Below, piece by piece: positions 10,637 to 20,493 of a stretch of DNA of 64,000 bases. The stretch spans positions 1,293 to 65,292 of the forward strand of contig CAZKSN010000002.1 in assembly GCA_964555585.1 (NCBI GenBank), written 5' to 3'. Made by a program: the position numbers and the translations under genes. The stretch is from an uncultured Muribaculaceae bacterium. Its GTDB lineage: Bacteria; Bacillota_I; Bacilli_A; RF39; UBA660. The first letter of the stretch is position 1. Every line of letters begins with the position of its first letter. The notes under the pieces are model-generated. The model was not told the origin of the DNA. It worked only from the letters and a program-made list of their open reading frames with translations, and made no database searches.

Positions 10637-11635
10637 CTACACCATATTTTTTCTTACACTAATCAGATTTTCATCCAAAGTGTATACCACAACATCTGCT
10701 TCAGATACGATTTTCACAAATCCAAGTCCATTTACTACAATATCTTCTTTTCCCTTTATATGAATGTTCTTCTTAGGTAAAACTTTTAATTTATCGCTTG
10801 TGGTGATTTTTATCTTATCAAAATTAAGATTGTTATTCATATAAAAACTGAAGCTATTTGTCTTACCTTTCTCATAATCTATTCTTAAAAGGTTTTCAAC
10901 TATCACACAGAAACCCGGTTTAATTTGTAATGTCTTAACTTTTATTTCCTTTTTAGGAGTAATTCTTTTTATATCCTTTAAATTTAAATAATTATAGATG
11001 GAATTTTTAAGTAAAAAACCAGGTGTATCTATAACTGTCAAATCATTATTCAATTTAATTTTTATATAATCTATTGTAGTATTTGGAATGATACTGGTTG
11101 TAATCAGAGATTTACTTCCGACACTTCCAAGAAGAGCATTTATGAATGTGCTTTTTCCACTGTTTGACAAGCCTACAATATAAAGGTTTTTTATATTTAA
11201 TTTTTCTACACTTTTCAAAAATTTATCTATGCTTAACTTTTTATGACTGCTTATACACATTACTTCTGTATTTTCATAAAAATTCTCCTTAAAGTACTTA
11301 ACGATTTTTTTATCATTTACACTTTTTGGCAATAAGTCTCTTTTTGTAAGAAGAATAAAGACATTATTATTAAAATATTTGATGAACTCCAAAGATTCAT
11401 TTGTAATATTCAATATATCAATTAAATATACAACAGAGGCATTTGATTTATTTATATCACTTATTATTTGATTAAAGTCTTTTGCCTTTTCAATAATGCT
11501 GCATTCACCATAATTTTTTATCTTAAAGCATCTTTCACAAAAATCTTTGTTTTTTACATTCTCATTCACATAGCCTTCTTTATCTTTAAAAATGCTTTGT
11601 AAAACTGCTCCGCAGCCTTTACAATTTCTACTCAT
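10637..11635 (-). CDS. yqeH: Ribosome biogenesis GTPase YqeH (circularly permuted GTPase with an N-terminal zinc ribbon)
   Basis: CKGCG...CERCF zinc ribbon, then LLTKRDLLP and GLSNSGKSTFINALLG in permuted G4-G1 order. Confidence 0.85.
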   Translation of the reverse strand: MSRNCKGCGAVLQSIFKDKEGYVNENVKNKDFCERCFKIKNYGECSIIEKAKDFNQIISDINKSNASVVYLIDILNITNESLEFIKYFNNNVFILLTKRDLLPKSVNDKKIVKYFKENFYENTEVMCISSHKKLSIDKFLKSVEKLNIKNLYIVGLSNSGKSTFINALLGSVGSKSLITTSIIPNTTIDYIKIKLNNDLTVIDTPGFLLKNSIYNYLNLKDIKRITPKKEIKVKTLQIKPGFCVIVENLLRIDYEKGKTNSFSFYMNNNLNFDKIKITTSDKLKVLPKKNIHIKGKEDIVVNGLGFVKIVSEADVVVYTLDENLISVRKNMV

Positions 11636-12152
11636 AATATTTTCCCCTTACAAATAATTCTTTTCTGGTTAAAAATTTAAATATAAATTTTTCAATCGTT
11701 TTATTAAAGAATGAAGTAAAAAAATCCTTTTCACTCATGGAATTTACCAGTATGGAAGTTATATTCATTCTATTGGCACCATAAATATCAGTTGCCAGCT
11801 TATCTCCAATGGCAGCTATTTCATTAGCTTTAAATCCATAAGTATTGATTATTTTCATATATTTATCTTTTCTTGGTTTGAAAGAAAAAGCAGCTGAATC
11901 CACTTGCAGTTCATCTTTAAAAACCTCTACTCTTGTTTTAGGAGAATTGGAAATTATTATTAATTTGAAACCCATTTTTTTTAAATCATAAAACAGCTTT
12001 TTTAATCTCTTATCCGGTTTATCGACTGAAGTAGGAATAATAGTGTTGTTCAAACTGAAAAGAATACATTTTATTCCCATTTTTTTAAGTTTTTTATAAT
12101 CAATTGTATATATACTTTTCTGATACATATCAGGTACAAATTTATCAAACAC
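11628..12152 (-). CDS. yqeG: YqeG-family HAD-IIIA phosphatase
   Basis: It aligns to B. subtilis YqeG (FVPD...ILFSLNNTI, IISNS, IGDKLATDI). GTG start with a GAGGTG RBS. yqeG-yqeH synteny is conserved. Confidence 0.8.
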   Translation of the reverse strand: MFDKFVPDMYQKSIYTIDYKKLKKMGIKCILFSLNNTIIPTSVDKPDKRLKKLFYDLKKMGFKLIIISNSPKTRVEVFKDELQVDSAAFSFKPRKDKYMKIINTYGFKANEIAAIGDKLATDIYGANRMNITSILVNSMSEKDFFTSFFNKTIEKFIFKFLTRKELFVRGKYYE

Positions 12153-12214
12153 TATTAACTCACCTCTTTATTCAATTATAACTTTTTTACAAAGAAAAAT
12201 AAACACTTTTGTGT

Positions 12215-13849
12215 TTATTTTATTTTTACTAATTCTTTAACAGATCTAGCATTTACCTTTAAACTTGCTTCAATCAATGAATTGAATAAAGGGTGACATC
12301 TTGTAGGTCTGCTCTTAAATTCCGGATGAAACTGACAGGCTATAAAATGTGGATGAGATGGATATTCAATGATTTCAACCAATTCACTTTCTTTATTTAT
12401 TCCAGAGAATACTAATCCATGCTCTTCTAGAACCGCTTTATATTTATTATTAAATTCATAACGATGACGATGTCTTTCATAAATTATTTTTTTATTGTAA
12501 CATTTATAAGCTAATGTCTTTTCCCTAATATTGCATTTATAATTGCCTAATCTCATAGTTGCACCCAGATTTATAATGTTTTTTTGCTCTTCCATTATAT
12601 CAATAACCGGATTACTGGTATTTTCATCAAATTCAGTAGAATTCGCATCTTTTATTCCACAAACATTTCTACAAAATTCTATAACAGATAATTGAAGTCC
12701 CAGGCAAAGTCCCAGGAAAGGAATATTATTTTCTCTGGCATATTTTATTGCTTTAATCTTACCTTCAATGCCTCTGTTACCAAATCCACCTGGAACAACC
12801 ATTCCATCAATGTTTTTGAATACTAAACTTAAATTCTTGTTTTTTTCCAACTTTTCAGAATCTATCCAGTTAATTTTAATTTTTGTATTGTGATAGTAAC
12901 CTGCATGTTTTAATGATTCAGTTACTGAAATATATGCGTCATGCAGCTCCACATATTTTCCTACTATAGCAATTTCAACTTCATTTTCTAAAGATTCAAC
13001 TAAAGTGGTAAGTTTTTTCCAATCTGTTAAATTTATTCTCTTTAGAGGAAGTTTAAATTGATTCAATATGACTTCATCAATTTTCTGTTCATAAAAATTT
13101 AATGGAATTTGATATATATTCTTTACATTTATTGCCTCTATAATGTTGTATTCAGGTAAACTGCAGTACAATGATATCTTCTTTTTTAATTCTTCTCCCA
13201 TTTTAATTGGAGTTCTACATACTATTGCATCAGGCTGTATTCCCAGACCTCTCAATTCTATTACACTATGCTGTGTTGGCTTCGTTTTAAGTTCTCCAGA
13301 ACCATATATACTTGGCACTAAAGTTGTATGAACAAAAAATGTATTTTCAGCACCTAATTCATATCTGATCTGTCTTAATGCTTCCAAATATGCAAGTGAT
13401 TCTATATCACCTATGGTACCACCTATTTCAGTAATGACAACATCCGCTTTAGAAGTACTTCCAGCCTCATACACTTTACTTTTTATTTCATTGGTAATAT
13501 GGGGAACTATCTGAACAGTCGCTCCTAAGAATTCACCACGTCTTTCTTTTTCAATCACAGAATGATAAACTTTTCCAGTAGTGACACTGGAAGTATAATT
13601 CAATTCTTCATCTATAAATCTTTCATAATGACCTAAATCTAAATCAGTCTCACTTCCATCAGCTGTTACAAATACCTCACCATGCTGATATGGTGACATA
13701 GTTCCAGGATCTACATTGATATAAGGATCAAATTTCTGCATAAAAACCTTATATCCCCTGGATTTCAATAACAATCCAATTGATGATGCGGTTATCCCTT
13801 TTCCTAAACCAGAAACAACCCCTCCTGTTACAAACACATATTTAGTCAT
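12215..13849 (-). CDS. pyrG: CTP synthase
   Basis: MTKYVFVTGGVVSGLGKGI, followed by a glutamine amidotransferase C-domain (GLCLGLQ). The GGAGGT RBS precedes the ATG at 13849. The track's upstream ATG at 13864 lies inside that RBS. Confidence 0.95.
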   Translation of the reverse strand: MTKYVFVTGGVVSGLGKGITASSIGLLLKSRGYKVFMQKFDPYINVDPGTMSPYQHGEVFVTADGSETDLDLGHYERFIDEELNYTSSVTTGKVYHSVIEKERRGEFLGATVQIVPHITNEIKSKVYEAGSTSKADVVITEIGGTIGDIESLAYLEALRQIRYELGAENTFFVHTTLVPSIYGSGELKTKPTQHSVIELRGLGIQPDAIVCRTPIKMGEELKKKISLYCSLPEYNIIEAINVKNIYQIPLNFYEQKIDEVILNQFKLPLKRINLTDWKKLTTLVESLENEVEIAIVGKYVELHDAYISVTESLKHAGYYHNTKIKINWIDSEKLEKNKNLSLVFKNIDGMVVPGGFGNRGIEGKIKAIKYARENNIPFLGLCLGLQLSVIEFCRNVCGIKDANSTEFDENTSNPVIDIMEEQKNIINLGATMRLGNYKCNIREKTLAYKCYNKKIIYERHRHRYEFNNKYKAVLEEHGLVFSGINKESELVEIIEYPSHPHFIACQFHPEFKSRPTRCHPLFNSLIEASLKVNARSVKELVKIK

Positions 13850-13885
13850 TAGTATTACCTCCATAAATAAATAACATAAATAAAT

Positions 13886-13912
13886 AAAAAGAGCCGTGAG
13901 AACTTCTAGGCT
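13886..13912 (-). terminator. Hairpin plus U-tract in the pyrG leader. It acts as the terminator of the upstream gene and may also be a pyrG attenuator.
   Basis: On the minus strand: AGAGCC-tagaagttctcac-GGCTCT, then TTTTTATTTATTT. A TATAAT-like box lies just upstream. Confidence 0.45.
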
Positions 13913-13954
13913 CTATTTCATTATATCATATTTTTTTAAAAAGCAATAAATTTT

Positions 13955-14542
13955 TTAATTTTTTTTTCTTTTCAGTTTTGATATTTTCTCTATCAAAGGT
14001 TTACCGTATATTTCAGGATTTTCATTTAATATTTTCAGTATTTTTCTTTGAACTGTATTATATGTACCATATTCTGATTCATTAAAAATATATGCATAAT
14101 CAATTTCATTAATATTATTAAACAGCTTTGACAAGTAAATAGCAGTAAGTTCATCACATTCATCAGAAATTCCTGTAAATAAAATAACTGAAGTAACAGG
14201 GGCATCTTTTTTTATACTTTTCCATAAAGCTATTTCACCATACATTACTTTTATTAAAAATCTTTTTTTTAATAAATCCAACATATTTTTTACATTTTCA
14301 TGAACTTTATTAATGATATGCTGAACAGCTGCTGAACAATTCTTAAAATTTTCATCTATGTATTCATCTATTACAAGAACATGATAAACATTGCCCTGTT
14401 CCTCATCTTCAATTGAATCAAGAAAATCTGAAAAAAATTCACTATCTAATATTTCAATCACATTTTCTGCTATATCTTCTATTTTATCCTCAATCGCAGC
14501 AATTCCTTCTTCTTTAAAGTCTACTATTTTATCCATTAACAT
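13955..14542 (-). CDS. Hypothetical acidic protein
   Basis: ORF only; Glu/Asp-rich N-terminus. Confidence 0.45.
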   Translation of the reverse strand: MLMDKIVDFKEEGIAAIEDKIEDIAENVIEILDSEFFSDFLDSIEDEEQGNVYHVLVIDEYIDENFKNCSAAVQHIINKVHENVKNMLDLLKKRFLIKVMYGEIALWKSIKKDAPVTSVILFTGISDECDELTAIYLSKLFNNINEIDYAYIFNESEYGTYNTVQRKILKILNENPEIYGKPLIEKISKLKRKKN

Positions 14543-14771
14543 ACCTACTGAATTATTTTTTTAATGCCGCTTGTACCACAGCAATATTAGGTGGGCGAAT
14601 AACAACACAAACAACTTTTATGCATATATATTACCACAAAAATATTTATATATAAACACCTAAGTTTTGACTGATAACTAAAAACTGTATTGTATTCATA
14701 TATTTTAATTGTGTAGGTCTTTCAAAGCAATTTACTACATATATATTGGTAAAAAACAGTTTTTAATTGTA

Positions 14772-15179
14772 TTATTTAAAATCGTGTCTAATTATCTCAT
14801 ATACATAATCGTCATATCTAATAATTGCCCCAAGATGACTTCCAACTAATAACTTACCAATTTCTGAATCAGACGATATTGTAGGGTCTACTGAATCAGT
14901 AGGATTTCCTCCATAAACTTTCTTTAGAATATTATTATATTTTGGTCCATATTTGCCAAAACCAACAAAAACGCTTGAATATTCAATATATGTAGTTACA
15001 ATCCTATAATGATTTATTTCACCCGTTTTCATATTTTTCAAGTTTACAGTATCACCGACTTCTATTAAACCGCTTCTTGTATATTTGCATTCCGGATAAT
15101 TAGAACAACCATAGAAACTTCCAAATTTACCCATTCTATATCTTAACTTACCACCACATTTTGGACAATTATTTGGCAT
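14772..15179 (-). CDS. Topoisomerase-type C4 zinc-ribbon protein with a GreA/GreB C-terminal-like domain
   Basis: CPKCGGKLRYRMGKFGSFYGCSNYPECKYT matches the zf-C4_Topoisom pattern. The C-terminus SSDSEIGKLLVGSHLGAIIRYDDYVYEIIRHDF resembles the GreA FKBP-like tail. Confidence 0.55.
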   Translation of the reverse strand: MPNNCPKCGGKLRYRMGKFGSFYGCSNYPECKYTRSGLIEVGDTVNLKNMKTGEINHYRIVTTYIEYSSVFVGFGKYGPKYNNILKKVYGGNPTDSVDPTISSDSEIGKLLVGSHLGAIIRYDDYVYEIIRHDFK

Positions 15180-15220
15180 GAAATCCCTCCTTATTGAAAT
15201 ATATCTTTTTAAATTTATAC

Positions 15221-17095
15221 TTATACTAGATATATTAGAATTTCAGATATCATTTTTAATGTTTGATTTCTTATTTCTAAAGCTTTATTTTTTGAAAGAA
15301 TTAGATCCCTATGAAAATGTGAATTTCTGATTTCTTTAATCCAATACTCTAATAATTCAATAAAATCTGTTTGAGAATAACCATCTTTTATTATTGAGGA
15401 CTCTCTTTTTATATACTTACACATTTCCCCAAGTGTAAAATTTTCACCCCAATTAGATGTTTCCATATCGACAACTTCACTTTTTACATTATATATTTTT
15501 TTTACCTGAATTCCTTTTTTACTTCTATCTAAATAAAAATCTCTGATTTTTCTAGCTAATAAGATTTCTACAGCTTTAAAATAGTTTGCTACTATAGGTG
15601 TGTATTCTTGTCCATCTTTATCTATATTCATATTTTGTGTAGATTCATACAAACTCCAAAAGTAAGTTGCTGATAATAGTGTCTTTTTGACCTTAGAATA
15701 TTTTAATATATTGTTTATTAATTCTTCTGAATTACATATATTTAAATTTTCATACATAATTCGTAGCGAATCAATAACTTTAGATTCATCATATTCAGCA
15801 GTTAAAACTCGCTTATTAGCAAACTCAGAAATTTCTTTTAAATCACAAATGTTTACCAACTCGAGAGTATCTTTCAATGCACAATCAAAAAAATTCGAGT
15901 CCAATATATCTTTTTTAAAATCTAAAGCTTCATTCTTAGAAAAATCAAATATATTATTCATTTTACTAAATAAAGATGCCATTTCAGAATAAATTTTTAC
16001 TAATTCAAAGTATAATACATTATCTTCTATCATTCGTTTACTATTATTTTCAAATAATTCTTCTATATTGTCATTAATATCTTCTTCTATCGTATTTTCT
16101 TGAAAAAATTTTGTAAATATATTGCTAATTCTTAACTTGAAATCTTTTCCAATCCTAAGTTTTAAAAATAGTTCTTTTTCTATATTATTAAAAAGTTTTA
16201 CTTTTTCAGTAAAAGAAAAGTTTGAGATGTCTGTATATTTTAAAAGTCCTTCTAACTTTTTTAATTCACTAAAATCTAAAACAATATTTTTTATTTTAAG
16301 ATAATAAGTATCTAATTTTTTATTTAAATTTTTCCATCTAATTTTTGACTTTTCAGTATATGAATATAACATTTGAGCATGTTCACTATTTTCTACTAGT
16401 GGCAATATATTATAAATGTTCAATCCATAACTATCAATGTGAATCCCATTAATAGAAATAAATTCAAACAAAAGATTCCCCATTTTGAATCGAATTAAGA
16501 GATTTAAAATATCATACTCAAAATTTCGAACAATATTTGGATAAATATTTTCTAAACCAAGTTCAGCGTAATTTTTAATAAAATAATATAAATCGATATA
16601 TTCTTTTATAAAATCAGAATCTAGGTTATTCATTATATTTATAATAAAATAACTCATAATATCCTCTATCCCTAAACTGATTTTTAATTCATTATCATCA
16701 AAATTTTTCCAAACATTAGGGTCTGATAACTCTTCAATTGTTTTATCAATAGGCTGATCAGATTGTGGAAAAACACTATCAATGTATTCGGAATATTTAA
16801 TAACTTTGTTAACTATACTTTCAAACAGACATACTATATGTAAATAGTCAAAATGATCATACTCCTTGCTCTTTATATCATTATATAACATGTTCCATAT
16901 TTTATCATATCTAATCAATGCGTTGAAATCTTGTTCTAAAAATTTACCTTTTAAAAACCCCACATGAGAATTATACTTAAATACTAACTCATCATAGCGA
17001 TTAAAATTATCATTGTATATTGTTGAAAATAGTGGATTAAATTCTACTGGTTTCAATTTTATATATTCTTCTATCTTATTAATTCTATTATCCAT
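15221..17095 (-). CDS. Large hypothetical protein (624 aa) with a C-terminal Rx4H (HEPN-like) motif
   Basis: No housekeeping homolog recognised. The C-terminus reads ...EYWIKEIRNSHFHRDLIL. Confidence 0.5.
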   Translation of the reverse strand: MDNRINKIEEYIKLKPVEFNPLFSTIYNDNFNRYDELVFKYNSHVGFLKGKFLEQDFNALIRYDKIWNMLYNDIKSKEYDHFDYLHIVCLFESIVNKVIKYSEYIDSVFPQSDQPIDKTIEELSDPNVWKNFDDNELKISLGIEDIMSYFIINIMNNLDSDFIKEYIDLYYFIKNYAELGLENIYPNIVRNFEYDILNLLIRFKMGNLLFEFISINGIHIDSYGLNIYNILPLVENSEHAQMLYSYTEKSKIRWKNLNKKLDTYYLKIKNIVLDFSELKKLEGLLKYTDISNFSFTEKVKLFNNIEKELFLKLRIGKDFKLRISNIFTKFFQENTIEEDINDNIEELFENNSKRMIEDNVLYFELVKIYSEMASLFSKMNNIFDFSKNEALDFKKDILDSNFFDCALKDTLELVNICDLKEISEFANKRVLTAEYDESKVIDSLRIMYENLNICNSEELINNILKYSKVKKTLLSATYFWSLYESTQNMNIDKDGQEYTPIVANYFKAVEILLARKIRDFYLDRSKKGIQVKKIYNVKSEVVDMETSNWGENFTLGEMCKYIKRESSIIKDGYSQTDFIELLEYWIKEIRNSHFHRDLILSKNKALEIRNQTLKMISEILIYLV

Positions 17096-17289
17096 ATAAT
17101 ATTATCTCCTATATATTTCATATTATATCATGTATTATATTGAACATAAAGATTTCAAACTTAATAATTTGATTTTTTGTATTCCTTTATCGTTGTTATT
17201 ATATATTATTCTATATATCTTTTATCTCTTTTTAATAAATCAAAGGGTAACACTTCTTCTATTCTTTACTTATTAAATTTTATTTGTTC

Positions 17290-17598
17290 TTATTGATTAC
17301 CTTTTGGTTCTTTCAATATTTTTTCTACTTCATCATATGTTAATTTATCTTCATTACTTAACTTTCTTATTTGTCTAGATTGCATAATACTAGGTGTACA
17401 TTCATAATATTTGATTGCTGAGTAAACTAACTTTTGACTTTCATTATTTAAATATGATAATTCTTCCGCAGCATTAAGACCCAATAAGACCAAGTTCATT
17501 TGAAACATCATCTTGAGTAAGTTTTCTAAATCTTCTAATGTAGTTGATTCTTAAACCTTGAGATAAATCATCAATAGTTGCTATAAAAAATCTTTTCA
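17290..17598 (-). pseudogene. Possible frameshifted small HTH-domain gene
   Basis: The ATG at 17598 gives MKRFFIATIDDLSQGLRINYIRRFRKLTQDDVSNELGLIGS*. The +1 frame continues as the track ORF 17290..17511. An 8-bp inverted repeat CTAAGATA/TATCTTAG lies upstream (17648-17680). Confidence 0.3.
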
Positions 17599-17737
17599 TC
17601 TTATTTCACCACCTTTCCGCAATATCGCATAAACACTAAAAAAAGACTAAGATATGCGACATACATTCTCTATCTTAGTCTATTATTTATAATTTAATAG
17701 TATACTACAGCAAGTGGTGCAAAAATTTTGTTATTTA

Positions 17738-17768
17738 TTACAATCAAAAAAGCCCGTAAATACAGGCT
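17738..17768 (-). terminator. Rho-independent terminator of ppdK
   Basis: On the minus strand: AAAGCC-tgtatttac-GGGCTTTTTT. Confidence 0.5.
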
Positions 17769-17793
17769 TTTCTTGACTTTTTAATTTAATTTT

Positions 17794-20427
17794 TTATTGA
17801 TTATTTTTAGTTTTTATGGCAGCTTGAGCTGCAGCTAATCTTGCTATTGGAACTCTGTATGGACTGCATGATACATAATTCAATCCAGCTCTATGACAGA
17901 ATTCAACACTGCTTGGATCTCCACCATGTTCTCCGCAAATACCTAGTTTAATATCTGCTCTTGTTGATTTACCCTTTTCAGCAGCCATTTGAATCAGCTG
18001 CCCAACTCCCTCTTGATCTAATTTTGCAAAAGGATCGGATTCAAATATATTTTTCTCATAGTAATCAACCAGGAATTTTCCAGCATCATCTCTTGAAAAA
18101 CCATAGGTCATTTGAGTTAAATCATTAGTACCGAAACTAAAGAATTCAGCTTCTTTTGCAATTTCATCTGCTAATAATGCCGCTCTTGGCAATTCAATCA
18201 TAGTACCAACTTTATATTCCAAAGCTACATTATTTTCTTTAATAACACTCTCTGCGGTTTCAACTACTATATTCTTAACAAATTTTAATTCTTTTACTTC
18301 TCCGACTAAAGGTATCATTATTTCAGGAATCACATTCATTCCTTCTTTATTAACATTAATGGCAGCTTCAATAACCGCTCTTGTTTGCATTTTAGCTATT
18401 TCTGGATATGTAACTGCCAGTCTGCATCCACGATGTCCCATCATTGGATTAAACTCATGCAGTGAATCAATTCTTGCTTTTAAAGCCTCAAAAGTCATAT
18501 CAAGAGATTCAGCAAGTTCTTTAATTTCTCCAGCTTCATGAGGTAAGAATTCATGTAAAGGAGGATCCAAATAACGAATAGTTACCGGAAATCCCTTTAA
18601 TGTTTTAAATAATTCTTCAAAATCTCCTCTTTGCATTGGAAGAATTTTATTCAAGGCTGCTTCTCTTTGTTCTACAGTTTCAGCAACAATCATTTGTCTT
18701 ACAGCAAAAATTCTATCTTCCTCAAAAAACATATGTTCTGTACGACACAATCCTATTCCTTCAGCTCCAAACTTTACTGCCTGAAGAGCATCTCTAGGAG
18801 TATCTGCATTAGTCCTTACTTTTAATTTACGAACACTATCAGCCCAAGCCATGAATTTTTCAAAATCTCCACTTATCTCCGGTTCAACAGTTTTAATTTT
18901 TTCTCCGTAGACGTTTCCAGTAGAACCATTTAAAGACAAGTAGTCACCTTCTTTATATATTTTACCAGTTTTTGTAGTTAAAGTTTTTGCTTCTTCATCT
19001 ATTTTTAGTTCTCCACAGCCACATACACAGCATCTTCCCATGCCACGAGCAACTACTGCTGCATGACTTGTCATACCACCGCGAATTGTCAAGATACCAC
19101 TAGCATCATTCATACCTTCTATGTCTTCTGGAGAAGTTTCAAGACGAACAAGTAATATTTCTTTTTCTCCGTTTTTACGCGCTTCTACAACATCTTCAGC
19201 ATTAAAATATATCTTTCCGGTAGCCGCTCCAGGAGATGCAGCTAAACCTGTTGCAATAGGTTCTGCTTCCTTTAAAGCATTTGCATCAAAATTAGGATGC
19301 AAAAGCTGGTCTAATTGCTTTGGTTCAACTTTTAATAAAGCTTCTTCCTTTGTAAGCATTCCCTCTTCTACTAAATCCACTGCTATTTTCAATGCAGCCG
19401 CAGCTGTTCTTTTACCATTTCTAGTTTGAAGCATGAATAATTTACCGTTTTCTATTGTAAATTCCATATCTTGCATATCTTTATAATGTTTTTCAAGAAT
19501 ATCAGCTATTTTAATAAATTCATTGTATACTTCAGGCATTTCATCCTTTAAAGTATCAATTACCTGAGGAGTTCTTATTCCTGCAACTACATCTTCACCT
19601 TGAGCATTTATTAAGTATTCTCCATATAAATGTTTTTCTCCAGTAGATGGATTCCTTGTGAAAGCCACTCCAGTTCCACAGTCATTTCCACGATTACCGT
19701 AAACCATTTCTTGAACATTAACCGCAGTACCCCAGTTGTTTGGAATATCATTAAGTCTTCTGTAAGTAATAGCTCTATCATTCATCCATGATCTAAATAC
19801 TGCTTTAATAGCTTCTAATAATTGAACTTTTGGATCTTGTGGAAAATCTTCATTAGATAATTCTTTATAGTTAGCTTTAAATTTTTCAGTTACTTCCATC
19901 ATATCTTCAGCAGTCAATTCCAAATCACTTTTAACTCCCTTTTCTTCTTTAATTTTATCAAAATATCTTTCAAATGAAGCTTTTGAATACCCTTTAACAA
20001 CATCTGCAAACATTTGAATAAACCTACGATAAGAGTCATAAGCAAATCTAGGATTATTTGTTGCCTCTGCAAATCCTTTGGCAACTTCATCATTAAGTCC
20101 TAGGTTTAATACAGTATCCATCATACCGGGCATACTTGCTCTTGATCCGCTTCTAACTGAAACCAATAAAGGATTATTAATGTTTCCCATCTGCTTTCCA
20201 GTTTCTTTTTCCAAAGTATCCAGTTGTTCAAATATTTCTTTAACAATACTTTCATTAATTTCCTGTTTGTCATCATAATATTTTGTACAAGCTTCAGTAG
20301 TAATAGTAAAACCTCTTGGAACAGGCAGTCCAATGTTAGTCATTTCCGCTAAATTGGCACCTTTTCCTCCAAGAAGATTCTTCATGTCCTTATTTCCTTC
20401 TTTAAACATATATACATATTTTTCCAT
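17794..20427 (-). CDS. ppdK: Pyruvate, phosphate dikinase
   Basis: N-terminus KNLLGGKGANLAEM, phospho-His region GGMTSHAAVVARG and the PEP-utilising C-domain. 877 aa. AGGAGG RBS. Confidence 0.95.
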   Translation of the reverse strand: MEKYVYMFKEGNKDMKNLLGGKGANLAEMTNIGLPVPRGFTITTEACTKYYDDKQEINESIVKEIFEQLDTLEKETGKQMGNINNPLLVSVRSGSRASMPGMMDTVLNLGLNDEVAKGFAEATNNPRFAYDSYRRFIQMFADVVKGYSKASFERYFDKIKEEKGVKSDLELTAEDMMEVTEKFKANYKELSNEDFPQDPKVQLLEAIKAVFRSWMNDRAITYRRLNDIPNNWGTAVNVQEMVYGNRGNDCGTGVAFTRNPSTGEKHLYGEYLINAQGEDVVAGIRTPQVIDTLKDEMPEVYNEFIKIADILEKHYKDMQDMEFTIENGKLFMLQTRNGKRTAAAALKIAVDLVEEGMLTKEEALLKVEPKQLDQLLHPNFDANALKEAEPIATGLAASPGAATGKIYFNAEDVVEARKNGEKEILLVRLETSPEDIEGMNDASGILTIRGGMTSHAAVVARGMGRCCVCGCGELKIDEEAKTLTTKTGKIYKEGDYLSLNGSTGNVYGEKIKTVEPEISGDFEKFMAWADSVRKLKVRTNADTPRDALQAVKFGAEGIGLCRTEHMFFEEDRIFAVRQMIVAETVEQREAALNKILPMQRGDFEELFKTLKGFPVTIRYLDPPLHEFLPHEAGEIKELAESLDMTFEALKARIDSLHEFNPMMGHRGCRLAVTYPEIAKMQTRAVIEAAINVNKEGMNVIPEIMIPLVGEVKELKFVKNIVVETAESVIKENNVALEYKVGTMIELPRAALLADEIAKEAEFFSFGTNDLTQMTYGFSRDDAGKFLVDYYEKNIFESDPFAKLDQEGVGQLIQMAAEKGKSTRADIKLGICGEHGGDPSSVEFCHRAGLNYVSCSPYRVPIARLAAAQAAIKTKNNQ

Positions 20428-20493
20428 TGTATTTTTTCCTCCTTGTCATACTTACTGATTATAACATAATTTCTTTATTGTAAGCAACAAAAC

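Noticed and set aside
10408-10780. Plus-strand ORFs 10408..10662 and 10427..10780
   Set aside because: They lie entirely antisense within mutL/yqeH. Their Ser/Leu/Phe-rich composition is a typical shadow-frame artefact of AT-rich coding DNA.
14543-14771. 229-nt non-coding spacer with a GC-richer stretch (gccgcttgtaccacagcaatattaggtgggcg) as a possible sRNA or attachment site
   Set aside because: It has no convincing secondary-structure signature or flanking repeats. It is retained only as context for the accessory-islet finding.
15687-16304. Plus-strand ORFs 15687..15992 and 16122..16304
   Set aside because: They are antisense within the 624-aa ORF and look like shadow frames.
18359-20333. 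Several short ORFs inside ppdK on both strands (18359, 18631, 19121, 20078, 20121)
   Set aside because: They are embedded in a high-confidence 877-aa conserved gene. They have no RBS support and low-complexity translations.
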